Source of the DNA: a virus
Taxonomy: Duplodnaviria > Caudoviricetes
Strand: one strand, 5' to 3'
DNA length: 57,640 nucleotides
IMG/VR virus record: IMGVR_UViG_3300035703_000108
Span: 1-57,640 of that record
The first letter of the stretch is position 1, and every line of letters starts with the position of its first letter. The notes under the pieces are model-generated. The model was not told the DNA's origin. It worked only from the letters and a program-made list of their open reading frames with translations, and searched no databases. The position numbers and the translations under genes are program-made. Shown here in pieces: positions 53,586 to 57,640 of this stretch.

Positions 53586-54317
53586 ATCCACTACGCTCAC
53601 ATCGAAAACGAAGCCCGCTACCAAGCCGCGATAGACCGCCGCATCAAGGCCAACCGCGCCAAGACTGGCCGCGCCAAGACTGGCCGCGCCAAGTGGCTGG
53701 CCGCTCACGAAGACGCGCAGACCCTGCACGACTGGCTGTTCGCTCAGGGTGAGTTCGACGCCCAGCATGTTCTCGGCCCCCGCTGCTGCCGTTACGCTGA
53801 CGGCACTTACGAGCATGCCGAGAGCGCCAACGACCGTTATTACGGCGAACACTGCGGGTGCAAGACCATACGCCACCCGCTGACGGCGTACGCACGGGGC
53901 GACTTCCTGTCCAAGATGCGCGCCACCATCGACGAGTGGGGCGGCCTGACCGACGGCCAGCACGCCGCCGTCGCCAAGTCTTTTGCCCGCGCGCAAGAGC
54001 TGCTGGCCGGTCGCGAGGAACTCCGCGCCGCCGAGCGCGCTGCTGACGCCCTGACCAGCCACGTTGGCACCGTCGGCGAGCGCCGCGACTTCGACCTGAC
54101 CGCCGAGCGTACGCACAGCTTCGACAGCCAGTTCGGCACGGTCTACATCACGATCTTCCGCGACGCTGACAACAACGTCATCGTCTACAAGGGCAACCTT
54201 GCCTTTGGCCGTGGCGAGAAGGTGCGCGGCAAGGCCACCATCAAAGCGCATGACCTGCGCGATGGCGTGCCGCAGACCGTTATCGCCCGCCCCAAGTTCG
54301 AGGAGATCGCAGCGTGA
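53583..54317 (+). CDS. Hypothetical protein with an OB-fold-like C-terminus (244 aa)
   Basis: HVGTVGER...FG...I..F.D...NVIVYKG...KATIKAH...QTVIARP; has its own promoter copy. Confidence 0.7.
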   Translation: MIHYAHIENEARYQAAIDRRIKANRAKTGRAKTGRAKWLAAHEDAQTLHDWLFAQGEFDAQHVLGPRCCRYADGTYEHAESANDRYYGEHCGCKTIRHPLTAYARGDFLSKMRATIDEWGGLTDGQHAAVAKSFARAQELLAGREELRAAERAADALTSHVGTVGERRDFDLTAERTHSFDSQFGTVYITIFRDADNNVIVYKGNLAFGRGEKVRGKATIKAHDLRDGVPQTVIARPKFEEIAA

Positions 54318-54472
54318 CCCTCGGCCAGATCGCCTACGAAGAAGATGTCCGCCGCAAGCCCACATACCCGCCGCGCGTGGACGGCACCGTGCGTCCGCGC
54401 AGGACGTGGGACGAACTCGACGAGCTTACGAAGCGGTCGTGGGAACTCAACCCGGTACCAAGGGAGTGGTGA
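54314..54472 (+). CDS. Hypothetical protein (52 aa)
   Basis: GAGGAG RBS; GTGA overlap; read by eye. Confidence 0.6.
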   Translation: MTLGQIAYEEDVRRKPTYPPRVDGTVRPRRTWDELDELTKRSWELNPVPREW

Positions 54473-54476
54473 CCGC

Positions 54477-55835
54477 GTGACCTTCAAACCCCACGACTAC
54501 CAGCAAGAGGCGATGGCGCACCTGTACAAGGTGCGCCGGAGCGCTCTGTGGATGCCCATGGGCGGCGGGAAGACCGTCACCACCCTGACCGCGCTGGACA
54601 ACCTGAACGTGGTCGAGGATGTCTTCCCCGCGCTCGTGCTGGCGCCGCTGCGCGTCGCGCGGGCAACGTGGCCGGAGGAAGTCGCCAAGTGGCCGCACCT
54701 CAAGCACCTGCGCGTCAGTGTCATCAGCGGCACGCCCAAGCAGCGTGAGCGCGCGCTTGCCAAGGATGCGGACATCTACTGCACGAACTACGACAACCTC
54801 GTCTGGCTGCGCAAGGAGCTGGGCGACACGTGGCCCTTCAAGACGGTCGTGGCCGACGAGTTCACGCGCCTCAAGTCCTTCCGCCTGCGGCAAGGCGGCA
54901 GCCGCGCGCGGGCGCTGGGTCAGGTGGCGCACAGCCACGTCAGCCGGTTCATCGGTCTGACCGGCACCCCTGCGCCCAACGGCGTGAAGGATCTCTGGGG
55001 TCAAATTTGGATGCTCGATCAAGGCGAGCGGCTGGGCCGCACGTTCAGCGCCTTTGAGCAGCGGTGGTTCCGCAAGGGGTACGACGGGTACAGCCTCGTG
55101 CCCTACGACCACACGCAGGCTGAGGTCGAGGACAAGCTGCGCGACATCTGCCTCACGGTTAAGGGGCTGGATGTGGACGAGCCGATCGTCAACCCGATCT
55201 ACGTTGATCTGCCGCCCATGGCGCGCAAGGTGTACGACGCGATGGAGGTTGAGATGTTCGCCGTCCTGAACGACGAGGGTGTCGAGGCGGCCAACGCGGC
55301 GGTGCGCACCCAGAAGTGCTTGCAACTCGCCAACGGCGCGCTGTACATCGACGAGAACGGCAACTGGGAGGAAGCACATGCCGCAAAGCTCGACGCCCTC
55401 GAAAGCATCATCGAAGAGGCGAACGGCGCGGCGGTTCTCGTTGCCTACAATTTCAAGCACGATCTTCAGCGGCTACAATCTCGTTTCCGTCAAGGTCGGG
55501 TGCTGGACGCTGACCCTGACACGATCAAGCAGTGGAACGCAGGAAAAATTCCGCTGCTATTCGCTCACCCTGCATCGGCGGGACACGGACTGAACCTCGC
55601 CGACGGGGGCAACATTCTCGCCTTCTTCGGCGTCAACTGGTCGCTTGAAGAGCACATGCAGATCATCGAGCGCATCGGCCCGATGCGCCAGAAGCAGGCG
55701 GGCTATGACCGACCGGTCTTCGTCTACCCGATCCTCGCGCGGGGCACCGTGGACGATCTGGTCATGGAGCGTCTGTCGAGCAAGCGCAGCGTCCAAGAGG
55801 TGCTGCTGGAAGCGATGAAGCGGAGGAAGAAATGA
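54477..55835 (+). CDS. SNF2-family helicase (452 aa)
   Basis: MGGGKT, VADE, GLTGTP, SAGHGLNL, Q..ERI..RQ motifs. Confidence 0.92.
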   Translation: MTFKPHDYQQEAMAHLYKVRRSALWMPMGGGKTVTTLTALDNLNVVEDVFPALVLAPLRVARATWPEEVAKWPHLKHLRVSVISGTPKQRERALAKDADIYCTNYDNLVWLRKELGDTWPFKTVVADEFTRLKSFRLRQGGSRARALGQVAHSHVSRFIGLTGTPAPNGVKDLWGQIWMLDQGERLGRTFSAFEQRWFRKGYDGYSLVPYDHTQAEVEDKLRDICLTVKGLDVDEPIVNPIYVDLPPMARKVYDAMEVEMFAVLNDEGVEAANAAVRTQKCLQLANGALYIDENGNWEEAHAAKLDALESIIEEANGAAVLVAYNFKHDLQRLQSRFRQGRVLDADPDTIKQWNAGKIPLLFAHPASAGHGLNLADGGNILAFFGVNWSLEEHMQIIERIGPMRQKQAGYDRPVFVYPILARGTVDDLVMERLSSKRSVQEVLLEAMKRRKK

Positions 55836-55840
55836 ACCCG

Positions 55841-57346
55841 CTACACCTCGTACTTGTCCGACAGCTCCGCGAGGCCGCCTTCCGCCATCAACGGTATGTT
55901 ACCCTCGTAGAACATGCGCAGGACTTCCGCTGGACTTACACCGAGGGCTTGCGCGGTCACGTTGATGCGCTCGTTCATAAGTTCAGGAACCGTCTTGGTT
56001 GCTGAAGCAAGGCCCGTGTCGGCCCCCGATCCGAACCAACCAAGCGACTGCATCGGACCCGGCGCGATCGCGGCTTGCCGTGCGGCCTCAAACGTGACGT
56101 CGGCCATCGGGCCGTACTCAACCTGCATCTTGCGACCGCCGCTCATGGCCGACTGCAAGCTGTCTTGGATGTCCGTGGCTGGGTTGAACTCAGCGGTCTC
56201 CGCGTACCGCGCACGGGCCTCCGGCGTGCGGAACCAGCTAGGGCTAATCGACCCCGGCTCAACCTCATTCATAGCGAGTAGCGCGCCACGGATGTTGTGC
56301 GTGTCAGCGGTAACGTAGCCAAGATCCCCCGCAGTGTTAGGGAGAAAGGCGCTGGGCTTGGGGTTGGTGAACGGGTCGTGCTTGCCCGCGAACATCTGCC
56401 CAGCCAAGTCTTGGTGCGAACCCATCATGTTGTAGCCACGAGCGTTTCCGAACTGGTCGTAAAGTTCACCGGAAATAGGCACACCTTTGTCTCGCAGGTA
56501 CATGAGCAAACTGGCGTTACGCATGTTCTGCTCGGTATTGGTCCGAGGGGACGTACCTGCGAAGGCTGGTGCGAAGTTTTCCGTAAGGGACCGGGTAGCG
56601 TCACCCTGCGGGACGTCTACGGCTTCGAGGCCGCGCACAATCGGTGCGGTGTGGTAGAAGTACTCTTGCGCCGTCCCGCGACCCTGCTGTGCTTTCTCGG
56701 CCAGCCGCCCTGCGATTTGAGGGGTAAGGTCGATGACGTTGCGCATACGATCCCCGAGGGGGTACGCCGCGCCAGCTTGCGCGCGGGGGAGCGCGGCCTG
56801 TACGACTGCGGGGTCGGTCTGCGGCAAGATGCGCGGGGTCTCTTCGTACGCGGCTTGGCTGAGATCGAAAACAGGCTCGGTGCCGGTCGGCTGCGTGCGC
56901 AGCTTTGGATCGACTTCCATCTCCTTAGCCTTAAGGCGCAGGACTTCCTGCCCTACGTCGGCTTTTCCGGTGATGCCGAATGTAGGCACACCTTCTGGCT
57001 TCACCGAAAAGCCTTTGATCTCTTCGGCAGGCTTGTCTTTTTTCTTAGCTTCTGAGGCGGCAGTTTGCAGCGCACCTTTTTTCTTCTTAGGCGCAGGGGC
57101 TGCGGGACGGGCCGCGAGCGGCTTATCTTTCGGCTTCGGGGGCGTTGCGGCTTGCTGGAGCGCGCGCCCAGCGGGGTTGTCGGACAGGCCTTTGATAGGC
57201 TCGAACCCCTCGCGCTTCAAACCCTTGCGCACCGCCGTCGGTGTAGCGCCGTCGCCGAGGGCTTTGCTGATCTTACGAATAGCCGGTGCAGCGGCGTCGC
57301 CGAACTCTTTGGTGAGCAGTTGCAGCAGTTCCGAAAGCGCAGACAT
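55841..57346 (-). CDS. Last late-operon protein with a possible glycosylase-like (DUF7178-like) domain (501 aa)
   Basis: Follows the 1082-aa gene across the circular join; AGTSP..N..N..NA, PKPSAF..N, VTADTH, MQSLGW motifs. Confidence 0.6.
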   Translation of the reverse strand: MSALSELLQLLTKEFGDAAAPAIRKISKALGDGATPTAVRKGLKREGFEPIKGLSDNPAGRALQQAATPPKPKDKPLAARPAAPAPKKKKGALQTAASEAKKKDKPAEEIKGFSVKPEGVPTFGITGKADVGQEVLRLKAKEMEVDPKLRTQPTGTEPVFDLSQAAYEETPRILPQTDPAVVQAALPRAQAGAAYPLGDRMRNVIDLTPQIAGRLAEKAQQGRGTAQEYFYHTAPIVRGLEAVDVPQGDATRSLTENFAPAFAGTSPRTNTEQNMRNASLLMYLRDKGVPISGELYDQFGNARGYNMMGSHQDLAGQMFAGKHDPFTNPKPSAFLPNTAGDLGYVTADTHNIRGALLAMNEVEPGSISPSWFRTPEARARYAETAEFNPATDIQDSLQSAMSGGRKMQVEYGPMADVTFEAARQAAIAPGPMQSLGWFGSGADTGLASATKTVPELMNERINVTAQALGVSPAEVLRMFYEGNIPLMAEGGLAELSDKYEV

Positions 57347-57640
57347 ACGTTAAACCCTTTACTTGCCGCGACGGAGTTTAGACACTCCGGGGACCTTCTT
57401 CACCACGAAACTGCCCGCGCGCCCAACACCGCGCGCAACGGGATAGCCCACCGCGCCGAGAGCGCCCTCCCTCGCGACGCTGGCTGGGATGTCGCTAATG
57501 CTGCCAGCGTCACCCGCGCCGTAAACCCCGCCCTGCCCGGTTGCCAAGGCAGCTTCGTAAGCGACACGCGCGCGAGGTGTCATTTGGGCAACGCGAGCGG
57601 CTGACAGACCTTGCAAGCCGGGGACGGCGGACGTCAGCAC
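57333..57640. repeat. Terminal direct repeat / circular assembly overlap, right copy (long allele; 3' end of the 27..3275 gene)
   Basis: Matches 1-245; encodes the same C-terminus plus 21 aa (GDAGSISDIPASVAREGALGA). Confidence 0.95.

Noticed and set aside
1-57640. Integrase, tRNA or rRNA genes
   Set aside because: None recognised by eye; tRNAscan-SE and HMM searches would be needed to exclude them formally

Overview
The window is an apparently complete, circularly assembled genome (about 57.3 kb) of a GC-rich tailed phage with podovirus-like organisation. The host is probably an alphaproteobacterium, since the phage encodes a GapR homolog. Positions 1-245 recur at 57333-57640 with a 63-bp in-frame indel. 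The minus-strand arm (about 35 kb, wrapping through 55841-57346) carries terminases, portal, GroES, scaffold, major capsid, head-tail proteins, two S74-chaperoned tail fibres, a GH19 endolysin and ejection proteins. The plus-strand arm (35.3-55.8 kb) carries small early genes and an APSE-like replication module: primase-helicase, DUF2800 nuclease, DUF2815 SSB, family A DNA polymerase, VRR-NUC and SNF2 helicase. I saw no integrase, tRNA or canonical CRISPR array. The standout is 36838-38475: a stand-alone Cas7/RAMP-like gene, then a hairpin and a 317-bp non-coding array of GGY-NN pentamers divided by GGCGGTY into 7 units, then an accessory gene. This is a candidate phage RNA-guided system with a non-contiguous dinucleotide code. 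Other notable items are a pseudoknot-capable RNA upstream of the polymerase operon, hairpin-masked ribosome-binding sites on three nuclease genes, and a winged-helix domain shared by the primase-helicase and the gene beside a repeat-rich putative origin. There is also a cassette-like small-gene array, plus putative Acb2/Tad1-like and Mom-like anti-defence genes. All family assignments come from motif recognition by eye; no searches were run.
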